Below are positions 24,266 through 35,639 of a stretch of 56,184 nucleotides of DNA, piece after piece (the stretch's first letter is position 1; each line of letters opens with the position of its first letter). The stretch is taken from NCBI GenBank assembly GCA_032718475.1, contig JAUCBJ010004984.1, positions 1 through 56,184 on the forward strand, given 5' to 3'. This stretch comes from Nemertoderma westbladi (Eukaryota > Animalia > Xenacoelomorpha). Both the position numbers and the translations under genes were made by a program. The notes below the pieces were generated by a model. That model did no database searches. It was not told the DNA's origin and worked only from the letters and a program-made list of their open reading frames with translations.

Positions 24266-25115
24266 GTGCACTACAAACACAAAAGTAATAATTCTAGATT
24301 ATAATCCGCAAAAATTAACTAAAAGTTTTTATATAAATAAATAACTGCAATCGATCCACAGTATCCTACAGATGACTGCAGTAGTGGAGTACGGTAATGC
24401 TGTCAACAGATGGTTTCATAAAATTGCTAATTTTCGCTTCGAAAGGTTTCATGTATAAAATAAAAAATCCAATTTTAATTTAGAAAACTTTGAACACAGA
24501 CTATATAGAATATAAATCCTTTAAATTCCTATAAACCTTATATCTACTTAGAATTCAATCTAGTAAAGTTGCAGATATGATTACGTCTATGATGCATTAT
24601 TGTTTATGTATGACTTTATAGAGATACAGCACAAGTTAATATCGTAGCGAAGCGTGGGCAATAACAAAGTGCAATTCATTTACAATATTTATTTAGACAA
24701 TAATGGGGATCTGAAGTTCTTTTTATTAATGTGGCAGATGCGGTGTATTGCTTATATATATAACCATAATTAATACTATCAGTGCGAAATACTTGAATAT
24801 ATCGGTTTCGTACCTTAGAGATGGAAAATATGTCGCAGCTAATATTATTTGTACAGCGACTAAATACACAAAAATATATAAAAAGAATTACTTAAACATT
24901 TACAAAAAGTCCAGTTACTATATTTTAGTGAGGGTATACTTATAACACTGGGCGTAAAAGTTAACTTTTACATATTGGGTATCCATTCATAAATTTACCT
25001 TTTTTCGTACAGTCCATATAAATTTACTACAGAATTAAATTTTACCATAAACAGAAACAACTTGAATGTTTTTCTTAAATGTTTAAAAACTAAATTAATA
25101 TAATTAATTTTCTCC

Positions 25116-28100
25116 TCAACTACCAGCTGCATTGCTACTATCGTCTGAATCGACGAGTCCATTACTTAGCATTACATCCACGGTGTCCCGTTCCACAAAC
25201 TCGTCTTCCAGTTGTTTCTTAGGAAACACAACCTCATCACATTCAGAAGTGACATCATCCAAAACTCCCTCATCCACCTCGGATTCTTTGTCTTTTCCTA
25301 AACACATATCAACATCATCAGAATCCGCTGCGTCCATCTTTATATTATCACTCACGGATTCATCCACCTTTCCATCATCGGAAACTTTATCTGTGTCATT
25401 ATCGTCAGCATCTTCATCATCTACATCGAAAACAACATCTTTATCATCAACTAAAGCCTCGTTTCCATCAAATTCTTGGTGTTGTTGAAGTTTACAAACG
25501 CTAACGTGACGAGCCATGTAAGAAGGTCGTTTAAAGGGTTTATCGCAGTAGGGACAGCTCATATTGGTGGAACCCACGGGCATCCCGGGACTAGCAGAAC
25601 CACCAACCGAGCCAACAACACTACCGATGTCTGTATGGCTTCCTGTCTCACTCTCTTTATCAATGTCGCTGATGGGTTCTCGCTTAACTTTGATCACGAG
25701 TCTGGCCAATGTTGGTGGATTCTCAATCAAATCGACCACGTCGGTTCTGCCTTGACAGATCCGCTCGTGTTTAATAAGATAACCACGTCGCTTGTATTTA
25801 ATTCCACACTTGGAGCAATTAAGAGCGTTGGAGTCTTGTGAAGAAGTTGCGTTGGAATAGTCATAACTAGGGGTAGTGGAATCAACTGCACAATCCTGCA
25901 TATGGTGAATCAATAGAATCTTCCTAGCAAAGGTTTCACCGCAGTTATTACATGTGTACATGACATCCTTGGACGTATTCAACTTATTGGCCTCAGCGTC
26001 ATCGGGTTCCATAACTTCCTGAGGGCACTTACCATGAGCTTGATCCATGTGAACTAAGAACTTGGCTTTCTTCTGGAACACCCGGTCGCATTCACCACAT
26101 ATGTATTCAGCTCCGTCATCATCGTCATCATTACTCTCATATTCCTCTTCTGGGTCATCCCCAGGTAGTTTGAGTTTTGAGATTAGAGACTCGAGTTTGT
26201 TAAATTTTGCAGGTTTTCCGCCCTTCGGAGGCGACAAGTATTGGCGCTTCCGCGTCTCATTTGAACCAACAATTTCGATGTCAGTTTCTGAATCAACATA
26301 CTTATCTATTGGATCACTATCATGCGAAGTACTCGGTTTTTCTGCAACACTATCGTTCGCATTGTTGACATTCTTCAAAGAAATATCAACATCATCCTCT
26401 TCATCAAACTGGTTTATAAACTGCTGTATCCATTCTTCCGATATACCCTCCTCATTATAGGAATCGTCAACAGGCTCCTGTTTGATCTGAACCCCGGAGA
26501 CTCCCAAAGAGGACTCCTCTCCTAGTCTATTATAATAATCGATTGGATGATTCAACATAATGTTTCGTTTTAACTTGAATAACGCTCGCAATGGGGTCTG
26601 CACCTGATGTATAGTACGAAGGTGCAACTTCAATGAAGCTGCAGTAAATCCAGGTGAACCAATAGGGCATTGCGGGCAGTGGAGTAGTCTTGGACTCTTA
26701 AACCGGGGTTCAATAGGGTGCAGGGTCGAGAAATGAGTGTTCAAGTCGGCCCACTTGTCGAAGCGTTCGTTACAAGTGTTGCACTTAAATAAATGCAGTT
26801 GAGCATTCTCATCCTTTTTACACCGCATATAAGATGCGAGACTGCATTTGTGGTGCAGTCGAAAGTGCAGTGCCAAACTGTCCTCACAATAGAAGAATTT
26901 AATCTCACGGCACATAGGGCACTGTAAGTGGGCCATTGATGTAGGTAGGCCGCTGTGTAGGGTTTTGTAATGTTTAACGAGTTTCCCCCACTCAGTCAGC
27001 TTATTGGCGCAAATGATGCACTCAAATTTTTTCTCCCGTTTCATGTTGACCTTAGACCCATACACCGGAACAGTAGTTGAGTTGTGGTTCGTCTCCATGT
27101 GGCTGAGGAGTTCAATACGCGATGGGAATCTTGGTGAATCTGGGCAATAAGGACAATTGAAATGGGTATGGGTGCCATCGTTATCTTTATGGCACTCAAT
27201 ATAGTGATATTTTAAATTTCGAGGTTCGGCAAACGAGCAAGGACAAAGTTCGCACTTACACTCATTAGCAGCTTGTACAATACCGAACACCATATTCGGA
27301 TGGGTATTTCTTATGTGGCCATCTAATTTATCCTGGCTGGTATAAAGACGAGAGAACTTGCAATATGGGCAGCGATATTTCGCTCCCAATGGAACACCAA
27401 CTTCAGAGAACAGGGCTGACGAATGTACATCCCGCAAGTGGCGTTCTACCTCATTGCGCGTCTTAATTGTATCATTTTCAGGGCAAAATGAACAACCGTA
27501 AACGGCATCTGCGTTTAGAGAAGGTACGTCGGAATGATCAGCAGTGAGATGATTCTCTAAGAACCACGGCTCAGAGAAAGTCTCGGAACAAATGGGGCAG
27601 TGGAAGAGAATTGATCCTAAATGGGTATTTCGAATGTGTCCATCTAATTTCGCCCTACATGTGTAAAAGCGGGAGAATTTACAATAGGAACATGGTAACT
27701 TTCCTTCAGACCGTTGTGTTCCAACTTCAGCATATGATGAAACTTTATGGACAATGGTGAGATGTTTCTGAACATCAGATCTGGACAATAAACACGGTAC
27801 ATCATTGCAGTATGGACAGGTGAACGTGTAAGTTCCTGCTGGATGTTCACAACCATGTTCAGTTAAGTAGTGTGTATCCAATGAGTCTAATTCACCCTTA
27901 TAAATGCACATTTCACAATCAGCTTCCAAGGTGAACTTAACTCGATCGACATGTGTGTTTCTTATATGACCATCCAAACGTTCTTGAGATGTGTACGCCC
28001 TTGAAATCTTGCAATACATACATTTAAGTTTTTTACCAACACTGCATCCTATATCCTGGAATACTGGAGATTCGTGAACAGTGGTCGCATGGGTCACCAA

Positions 28101-31100
28101 TTCATCACACGATGTAAAGGGAGGGGTATCTGGGCAATATGGGCAAACGAAGGATATGTTCATTACATCGTCTGGGCTGTGGACATTCTCAACATGGGTG
28201 ACCAGGTCAATCATTTCAACATGGCTATCGCTACAAACTTTGCAACGAAACTGTACTTTATCTGGGTGCATATTACGCATGTGATTATCAAGAGTGGACC
28301 TAGAAGTGTAGAGCTTGGTGAATGAACAGTAAGTGCACTTCAACTTTCCTTCTTCGCTCAAACTTCCGATATCAGAGAAACATTCAGCATTGTGGAACTC
28401 CTTCAAGTGTTCACTCAGCTCTTCCCAAGAATTTAAGTTATGTTTACCATTGCAATACAGACAATCGAAGGGCACAGCGGCAGACGCTTCTTTATCATCA
28501 TGTACACCTTCGATGTGAGAAATAAGATCTAGAATTTCTATAAATCCTGCATTGCAAATCTGGCATTGATACTGCACCTTGCTGTGGTGAACATGTCTGA
28601 GATGGTTGTCCAGCTTCGATTGGGAAGAATAAAATCTCTCAACTTGGCAAAACTGGCATCTCAGACGAGACAGCGACTTTGGCACAGAGCCGTGGCGTTT
28701 CTTATAATGACTCCTTAATGCAATAGGATCGAAAAATGATGCTGGACAAACCTGGCATTTGTGTTTATCCTTGTAATCATTCTCACAACAGATGCGATGC
28801 ATAGCTCTCATATGATTCTTTAGAGATAATTTGTTGGTGAATATCTTTAATTCGGGGCAATGTTGACATCTCATCTTTAGTATTGAATCTGGGAGTCTAC
28901 CATGTTTGGTGAGATAGTGGTGACGTAGATTGCTAAATTCAGTGAATTTGCAATTGCATAGAATGCACTCAAATTTTTTGAAAAGTGACAGCTTTTTCTG
29001 CATATAATTTGATTTCAAAGTTCTAGACTTTGCTTTATGTTTTAAGCTAATATGTAAATCCAACTCTGGACGCTTAGCAAATGTCTGACTACAAAATATA
29101 CATTTAAACTCATTCACTCCAGTGCCTGGTGATTCTGTATCGCTGTGAAGTTCAAGGGTGTGGTTAACAAGATTCTCAGCTGTAAGAAACGAGCAATGAC
29201 ACAACTGACATTTAAATACCCCATCCTGTGTGACCTTTCCAGGATGGACATGCCGAATATGACCATCGAGTTTATCCTGACTCGTATAAAACCTATTCAC
29301 CAAACAAAATGGACATCGAAGTTTCTGAACCTCATCAGGGACGTTCCCGTTATCTATTTCCTTGTTTGGGTGTTCCTCTAAAATATGCTTACCTAATTCA
29401 GCACCTGTAAGAAACTCTGAAATTTTTCCCACCGGGCAAAATGGACACGGAAATAACATATGATCTGGATTATTATCTGTATCTGCAACATGTTGCTCCA
29501 AGTAGTGATCTCTAAGGTTTTCCCAAGAATTAAACATACTAGGACAATACTTGCATTGCAACTGTGCTTTCCTAGGATGCATTTGTCTGATATGTGCATC
29601 TAGTGACACCTGTTTACAATAGAATTTCGGCACCTTGCAGTATGGACACTTACAACTAATAATCTCAGGAGGGAGATGGCCATGTCGCTTTCTGCAGTGA
29701 TGCCTCAACGATATGTCATCCTTATAGGCTGCCGGGCATAAAGGGCATCGCAATTTCGCTTCGTAATCATCAGCAGAATCAATACAATGAACACAGCGGA
29801 GGTGGTTTTGTAGACTCTGCGCTGAAGTAAATATTCTAGTTTCAGTGCAGTAAGGGCAACGCTTCTTCAGTACAGCGTTTGGGATTCTGCCATGAATATT
29901 CATATAATGGTTTCTAAGGTTACCAAAGTCTGTAAAACAACTGGAGCAAAGTATACATTCAAACTTCTTCTTATTGCACAATGCTGGATCATTTCTCATC
30001 TGACTTGGTCCACTTCGGTTATCGCCATTGGTTTTCTTTGTCGCATGCAAAAGTTCAACATGGGCTTCCAAATCGGCTCTGTTATCAAACCCATTAAACT
30101 GACAATAAGGGCATATGAATGTGGTGCTGTCAGCTTCCATTGTTTCGGAGGAATTGACAGTCTCACCATTATGTGCTTCCTCACAGTGACTTTCCAGGTT
30201 CTCCAGCTTCTTAAATGAACACGGACACAGTTCACATTTAAAATTACTGGCACCTTTAGTGAAACCAAGAATCTTTCCAGGATGAACATGTCGTATGTGA
30301 CCATCGAGTTTCTCTTGGGAAGTATAGAAACGCTTTATAAGACAATATGGGCAGCTGAGTCTTGTGACCTCGCCTGGGAGCATATTAATATCTTCTATAG
30401 CGGGTTTATGGTACGTTTCCAAATGAGTTCCCAGCTCCTTACCGGTGTCGAAACTCGGTTCGTCGTAGCAGTAAGGACATAGGAAAGGTGGTTCTTGAGT
30501 GACAATTTGTGAATGGTAGTTTGTATAATGCTTGTCAAGGTGTTCCCACTCATTAAACACACTCGGACAAGCCTTGCAAGTTAGTTGTGCTTTCCTAGGA
30601 TGCACTGTCTTAATATGCATGTCCAAGAAATCTTGCTTAAAGAATGCTTTGCTTATTTTACAGTATCTGCATTTAAAAGCCATTAACTCGGTTGGAAGGT
30701 GGCCATGCCTTCTCCTGCAATGACTACGTAGAGACACTTCATCTTTGTAAGCACAAGGACACAATGGGCATTTCAGTTTACTTGAATAGTCTTCCTCATT
30801 TTCGATGCAGTGGACACATTTCATATGATTTTTCAAGGATTCATCAGAGGTGAATATTTTTTCTTCCTCGCAGTACCGACATTTAAGCTTTAATAGATTT
30901 TCAGGAAGTCTGCCATGTTTATTGTAACAATGATGCTTCAAACTATTCATTTCAGTGAACTTCGATGAACATATGACACATTCAAATTGTTTATCCTTTT
31001 TCTGTGTGGTGTCATGACGAGGGGCTGGTGGAAGCTGATCAATAGCACCGGATTTGTGCTCACTATTTATATGTGAATCAACCTCATCTTTGGTACTGAA

Positions 31101-33278
31101 CTTAATGTCACCTGGACAGTAAGGACACGTGTACTCATTCGGTTGGCTGTCCCCATCCTCACCAGGATGACATTCTTGGTAGTGCTTCAATAAACTTTCC
31201 CATAATGGATATGAACAACGACATAATTGGCATCGAAACTCAGATGTGCTGACTTCTTGGGGGTGCAGCGACTGAATGTGGCTATCTAGTTGCTGCTGTG
31301 TGGCGTAAAACTTCGTGGCTGTCTTGCAATATGGACATTTGTATTGGGAGAGTTCTTCAGGTGGCGCAACCTTGTGTTTCTTACGATAATGACACCGTAA
31401 TGGCATTGCCTCGCTGTAAGAATTAGAACATAACATACACTGCAATTTTAATTCAGAGTTGACATCATTTACAATCTTATGAATTGATTTCATATGGTTT
31501 TCCAGGGCTGTAATAGAAGTAAATACTCGTTTATCAGAACAATAGGAACATTTCATAATACCAGCACTGCTTGTTACACCACCATGATTGTCCTTGTAAT
31601 GTTTCTGAAGTCCTAACCACGATACAAATTCACTGTTGCACACAGAGCAGGTGTATTGTTTGTTACGGACATCTGGAAAACGTTTTTCCTTGGAGGAAAA
31701 GTTTCTGCTCACGCCATGTTGGTTGCGCAAGTGAACTATCATAGATTTTCTTGTGAGAGTCGTTTTGTAACTTGGGCACAAAGGGCATCGTTTCTTCTTG
31801 ACTCCTGAAGGTCCTTTAAAGCGGTGGTCCAAAGTCTTGTGAACCTTCAAGCTTACATCATCCGAAAAGTTTTTCTGGCAGTGTTCGCAAATATTGAAAG
31901 AAGAATCAAGAGGAAGAGGCTCCACCATCTCGTCAATGGGTCCATCATCAACCATGTCTACATCATCGTCATCAGCCATGTCTGCATCATCATCAGCATC
32001 TACATCAAGATCAGCATCAACATCGAGTTTTCCCCAATTAGGTAAGTCGGCTAATGAAAAAGGCTTTAATTCATCATCATCAATATCGTGGAATACATCT
32101 GTTGAAGTCGAAGGTTTGTCAAGATTAAAAGAACCTCTGCTGCTAACTATGTCACTAGCAACTTCATTGTTAGCAGATGGTGTAGTAATACTATCTACTC
32201 CAGAAATTACATCATTATTCTCAGGTTCTAAAGATTCAAAGGTATCATTTTGAACAGTGATTGAGTCTTTTTCAATGCGACTCTCATTGGTATTATTATC
32301 ACTAAAGTTTACAACATCAAAGTCGGTCTCCTCTTGGTGGCTCCTGTGCACCATTCTGATGTGAGAGTCGAGAGAGTCTTGATTGGGAAAGATGGTGGTA
32401 CCGGAAGGGCAATGTTGACAGACGATCTGAGCTTCTATGGGAATTCCTCCATGGACTGCCTTATAGTGAGTCTTCAACGAACACCAGGACTTCAGATGGC
32501 GGCTGCACAGAATACAGACAAATGGGTGCTGGGATGGACTTGGTTTCGAGCTTGGCGGTGATGAAGTCTCATTCACAGTGTTGATATTGTCACGGCTGCT
32601 CATAGCGTGGAGCAACGCCTTGTGTTCCATCATCATATCTTCTTTAGGGAATTTCGCTGAACATTCAGTACATGAGAAGGAGGTCTGCTGTTTGGTTGGG
32701 TTGTGAAGAAGTTTAATGTGGTTATCTAATGTCTCCTGACTGCAGAACATCCTGCCGCACTGTGGACAATCGAAGGTAGAACTGAGCATACGGGACACGA
32801 CAGAAGGCCTCTTGACCTTTCGTTTCTGGGCACCGACGGGTTTAATCCCACCAGAATCCGCGTTCGAACTACTTCGGCTGATAGTCGAGTACACCGGGCT
32901 GATTTCCGATGCATCTCCAACTTCCTGATCATTAATGATCGTTGGCTGCAGTGGTTTATCCAACATATCGTCTTCGGCCACTTCCCGACCATCCACCGAG
33001 CCATACACGCGGCTCACTTTGATCCCCAACTCGTCCGCGTCCGGACTTACTCGCTCGTCAACTCGTTGTAGCAAACTTTCTATCTCGGGAGATTTGTAGG
33101 GAAGGCCGTTCCCCTGATTTTGGGTCGAGTACTGCTGGGAATTGGACGACGACGTCTGGTTGGTATACTCCGGTCGGGACGGTGGGCTAGTGTAGGACGA
33201 GTTGGGTGGTCCCATCCCGGTTCCAGATTGTCCCATCCCGGTTCCACTCAACATTGCCGGGGCTCCCCCCATCATTTG
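25116..33278 (-). CDS. Giant terminal exon (8163 nt) of a multi-C2H2 zinc-finger protein (~56 fingers)
   Basis: Acceptor ttattccttag|CAA ATG in phase 0. About 53 CxxC..HxxxxH fingers (one degenerate) plus three C-terminal CxxC..HxxxC, with acidic linkers. Confidence 0.95.
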   Translation of the reverse strand, partial: QMMGGAPAMLSGTGMGQSGTGMGPPNSSYTSPPSRPEYTNQTSSSNSQQYSTQNQGNGLPYKSPEIESLLQRVDERVSPDADELGIKVSRVYGSVDGREVAEDDMLDKPLQPTIINDQEVGDASEISPVYSTISRSSSNADSGGIKPVGAQKRKVKRPSVVSRMLSSTFDCPQCGRMFCSQETLDNHIKLLHNPTKQQTSFSCTECSAKFPKEDMMMEHKALLHAMSSRDNINTVNETSSPPSSKPSPSQHPFVCILCSRHLKSWCSLKTHYKAVHGGIPIEAQIVCQHCPSGTTIFPNQDSLDSHIRMVHRSHQEETDFDVVNFSDNNTNESRIEKDSITVQNDTFESLEPENNDVISGVDSITTPSANNEVASDIVSSRGSFNLDKPSTSTDVFHDIDDDELKPFSLADLPNWGKLDVDADLDVDADDDADMADDDDVDMVDDGPIDEMVEPLPLDSSFNICEHCQKNFSDDVSLKVHKTLDHRFKGPSGVKKKRCPLCPSYKTTLTRKSMIVHLRNQHGVSRNFSSKEKRFPDVRNKQYTCSVCNSEFVSWLGLQKHYKDNHGGVTSSAGIMKCSYCSDKRVFTSITALENHMKSIHKIVNDVNSELKLQCMLCSNSYSEAMPLRCHYRKKHKVAPPEELSQYKCPYCKTATKFYATQQQLDSHIQSLHPQEVSTSEFRCQLCRCSYPLWESLLKHYQECHPGEDGDSQPNEYTCPYCPGDIKFSTKDEVDSHINSEHKSGAIDQLPPAPRHDTTQKKDKQFECVICSSKFTEMNSLKHHCYNKHGRLPENLLKLKCRYCEEEKIFTSDESLKNHMKCVHCIENEEDYSSKLKCPLCPCAYKDEVSLRSHCRRRHGHLPTELMAFKCRYCKISKAFFKQDFLDMHIKTVHPRKAQLTCKACPSVFNEWEHLDKHYTNYHSQIVTQEPPFLCPYCYDEPSFDTGKELGTHLETYHKPAIEDINMLPGEVTRLSCPYCLIKRFYTSQEKLDGHIRHVHPGKILGFTKGASNFKCELCPCSFKKLENLESHCEEAHNGETVNSSETMEADSTTFICPYCQFNGFDNRADLEAHVELLHATKKTNGDNRSGPSQMRNDPALCNKKKFECILCSSCFTDFGNLRNHYMNIHGRIPNAVLKKRCPYCTETRIFTSAQSLQNHLRCVHCIDSADDYEAKLRCPLCPAAYKDDISLRHHCRKRHGHLPPEIISCKCPYCKVPKFYCKQVSLDAHIRQMHPRKAQLQCKYCPSMFNSWENLRDHYLEQHVADTDNNPDHMLFPCPFCPVGKISEFLTGAELGKHILEEHPNKEIDNGNVPDEVQKLRCPFCLVNRFYTSQDKLDGHIRHVHPGKVTQDGVFKCQLCHCSFLTAENLVNHTLELHSDTESPGTGVNEFKCIFCSQTFAKRPELDLHISLKHKAKSRTLKSNYMQKKLSLFKKFECILCNCKFTEFSNLRHHYLTKHGRLPDSILKMRCQHCPELKIFTNKLSLKNHMRAMHRICCENDYKDKHKCQVCPASFFDPIALRSHYKKRHGSVPKSLSRLRCQFCQVERFYSSQSKLDNHLRHVHHSKVQYQCQICNAGFIEILDLISHIEGVHDDKEASAAVPFDCLYCNGKHNLNSWEELSEHLKEFHNAECFSDIGSLSEEGKLKCTYCSFTKLYTSRSTLDNHMRNMHPDKVQFRCKVCSDSHVEMIDLVTHVENVHSPDDVMNISFVCPYCPDTPPFTSCDELVTHATTVHESPVFQDIGCSVGKKLKCMYCKISRAYTSQERLDGHIRNTHVDRVKFTLEADCEMCIYKGELDSLDTHYLTEHGCEHPAGTYTFTCPYCNDVPCLLSRSDVQKHLTIVHKVSSYAEVGTQRSEGKLPCSYCKFSRFYTCRAKLDGHIRNTHLGSILFHCPICSETFSEPWFLENHLTADHSDVPSLNADAVYGCSFCPENDTIKTRNEVERHLRDVHSSALFSEVGVPLGAKYRCPYCKFSRLYTSQDKLDGHIRNTHPNMVFGIVQAANECKCELCPCSFAEPRNLKYHYIECHKDNDGTHTHFNCPYCPDSPRFPSRIELLSHMETNHNSTTVPVYGSKVNMKREKKFECIICANKLTEWGKLVKHYKTLHSGLPTSMAHLQCPMCREIKFFYCEDSLALHFRLHHKCSLASYMRCKKDENAQLHLFKCNTCNERFDKWADLNTHFSTLHPIEPRFKSPRLLHCPQCPIGSPGFTAASLKLHLRTIHQVQTPLRALFKLKRNIMLNHPIDYYNRLGEESSLGVSGVQIKQEPVDDSYNEEGISEEWIQQFINQFDEEDDVDISLKNVNNANDSVAEKPSTSHDSDPIDKYVDSETDIEIVGSNETRKRQYLSPPKGGKPAKFNKLESLISKLKLPGDDPEEEYESNDDDDDGAEYICGECDRVFQKKAKFLVHMDQAHGKCPQEVMEPDDAEANKLNTSKDVMYTCNNCGETFARKILLIHHMQDCAVDSTTPSYDYSNATSSQDSNALNCSKCGIKYKRRGYLIKHERICQGRTDVVDLIENPPTLARLVIKVKREPISDIDKESETGSHTDIGSVVGSVGGSASPGMPVGSTNMSCPYCDKPFKRPSYMARHVSVCKLQQHQEFDGNEALVDDKDVVFDVDDEDADDNDTDKVSDDGKVDESVSDNIKMDAADSDDVDMCLGKDKESEVDEGVLDDVTSECDEVVFPKKQLEDEFVERDTVDVMLSNGLVDSDDSSNAAGS

Positions 33279-33937
33279 CTAAGGAATAAAATAATATTAA
33301 GAACGTTTACGAAAATTTCACTGGCATATTTAACATTACGCACCGTTTAAGAAATTTATGCAAAGTACCACTTTACAATGTACAGATCTGAGTTTGTTTA
33401 ACAAGGATGAACATAAAAAAAATCTTTGCCACCAGTAGGAATAAAGTTTCAGTCGGAAATTGTAAAAATATGCAACGATAATCATATTGAAAACAGCATA
33501 GGAAACATTTTTTGGTTTATAGTACGGTTAAAAACAATTATTGATACAGAAAATTACCCGTGAAGCATTTGAATTGTTTGTATTTTTTGTGAAATATAAT
33601 GAATTTTTTAATTTTTTTGTATTTTTTAAATTGAACAATGTAGGGAGTGGATTTTGGGAGGATGAGGGGTACCTCGGACCTATTTTATTAAGCGGGAAGT
33701 TTATGGAGGAGTACGGAATTGTTAATGCACGGCTGTTAAACGGTGGCTTATTGTTATATGATTTAATTACATAATAATTATAATATAACATCGAGAATTA
33801 TTAATATAGTAGGATGAGGCAGAAGCAGAATATAGTCTAGTAAAACAGTCTAACTCTAAAATATATAAAACTGTCTAACTAAAACTAATAAAAGGCGTAA
33901 TATTATGGGTTTGTTCAGGAGTGGAAAAAATGAGAAA

Positions 33938-34027
33938 GCGCGTCACCGGGGGTTGAACCAGCGCTATACGTACGTTTCGGCCTAACACGCCTCCTCAGTA
34001 GCGCTAACCAGTTCAGCCACTAGCCCC
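33938..34027 (-). ncRNA. tRNA-derived Pol III unit (SINE head or tRNA pseudogene)
   Basis: Minus strand has A-box gtggctgaactggtt, B-box ggttcaaccc and a T6 run just downstream; no clean cloverleaf. Confidence 0.55.
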
Positions 34028-34783
34028 TGACATTCACTCTCCCACCTAATCCACTTCTGTTGAACGGGCAGTCTTAAGTTGCATATATTCTATCTCTAAC
34101 TATCTCTTAATTAATTTAATTAAATTTAATAAAGCAGTAATGGACTAAGTGACGAAAGAGATGAATCACTGAATTCTCTCATTGGAATAAATTTCATGAA
34201 AGGAAGTATTTAGTAGGCCTATTATACGAAACTTTAGTATCAACGCGAAACAACTAAAAATTACACTTTTTTCCAAAATATGTGCGCTATATTTTCAGAA
34301 AATTATTAAAGTCAGACTTAATTAAGAATCCGTTCACATAAAACAGGCAAAATTATTGAAATTTATCGTAAAATGAATTTTCTTCGGACGTTAGGCCAGG
34401 GGTTACGCACAAAGTCTGACGACTTATTTCAATATCTACTATTTTATTCTTCATAATTTAAAAAAATATAAAAATAACGTTCGAAGAATAAAAACGTTTG
34501 CTCTAGAACAATAATTTTTACTAACCATCAGGAACATGTTCTAGATCATCAAAAAATAACAAAAAATAGCCATGTGTATGATTTTTAACTCTTATAAAAC
34601 ATTCCAGAAGAAAAAAAGTAATTTCTAGAAATTATTTTAAAAATAGGCAACAACAACAAGCTATAATATTGGCTATCATAATTTTTTTTTGAAACACTCA
34701 AAGATAAAAAAATATATTCTATAACTTTTTTAATTTGTACAACTTTAAAACAACTTTTTCTTAGAAAAAACATATTTTGGTAT

Positions 34784-34863
34784 GGGTGCGAATTGTTCGG
34801 GCCCCAAATGTCGAGACCAAATTGTGCGGATCCCAATTGTGCGGGTACCAATTGACCGGTTAC
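34784..34863. mobile_element. Solo Mutator-like terminal repeat with 15-bp subrepeats
   Basis: Five ~15-bp units (caattgtgcgggtac-like) ending ccggttac; a similar periodic end lies at ~23016-23080. Confidence 0.4.
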
Positions 34864-35156
34864 AATTATTTACAGCGAAACTGAACCCGAAACTTAAAAT
34901 TCCTCTACGGTTGCTGTGGTTCCTGAGCAAACAAATCCTGTTTTTATTAATAAATTAAAATAACGGCTAATAACAACCAGCAGACGGAGACTGCATTGCT
35001 ACAAACAACTGCAAACCCAGGAAGTAACATTTGCAATATTAGTACATTTTCTACTTTTGACTTATTGACACGATTTTCAATTTAATCTGCACCAACAATC
35101 AAACATTCCACTCCGCCCTTCCAATGACTGCCTCCCCACTTGTGACGGCCACCTTG

Positions 35157-35339
35157 GCGAATTAATATCCCGCCTCAATGTTAAATTCTCAATTTAGGGA
35201 AAGGAACAGGTTACAGTGGCACGATATTTTAACCAAAACAATAAACTAAACACAATAGAACAGGTTGCAGTTTTAATTTTGAGAGTAATCATCTGTTACT
35301 TGCGTCCAATTTCCCCTGGTGAGGGATGCATTTATTGCC

Positions 35340-35370
<31 letters not shown>

Positions 35371-35376
35371 TATCTG
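35157..35376 (-). mobile_element. MITE-like repeat, copy B
   Basis: Reverse complement of the copy A core; ends in a C-run plus tatctg. Confidence 0.8.
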
Positions 35377-35639
35377 CCCACTTTCTATAAATGTCCGGCC
35401 CATAATAGCTCTCACTTATATCTCGTACTATTAATAAAATACATAAATATATATTAATATTAATTGCGATAATATTCCGTGCACCCATCACTATATAGCT
35501 GAAAGGAGTTTATGAGAATGGTAGTAAACTATTCGAATATATTATATTCGATACAAAAATATTCGAATATTTGTTGATACTTTTAGTATAGTAATTAATA
35601 TCCACCATCCTAAATTTAATAGAACTAGTGAGAATAACT

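Noticed and set aside
25132-33350. Short ORFs overlapping the ZnF exon on + or in other frames
   Set aside because: Shadow ORFs with no recognisable domains.
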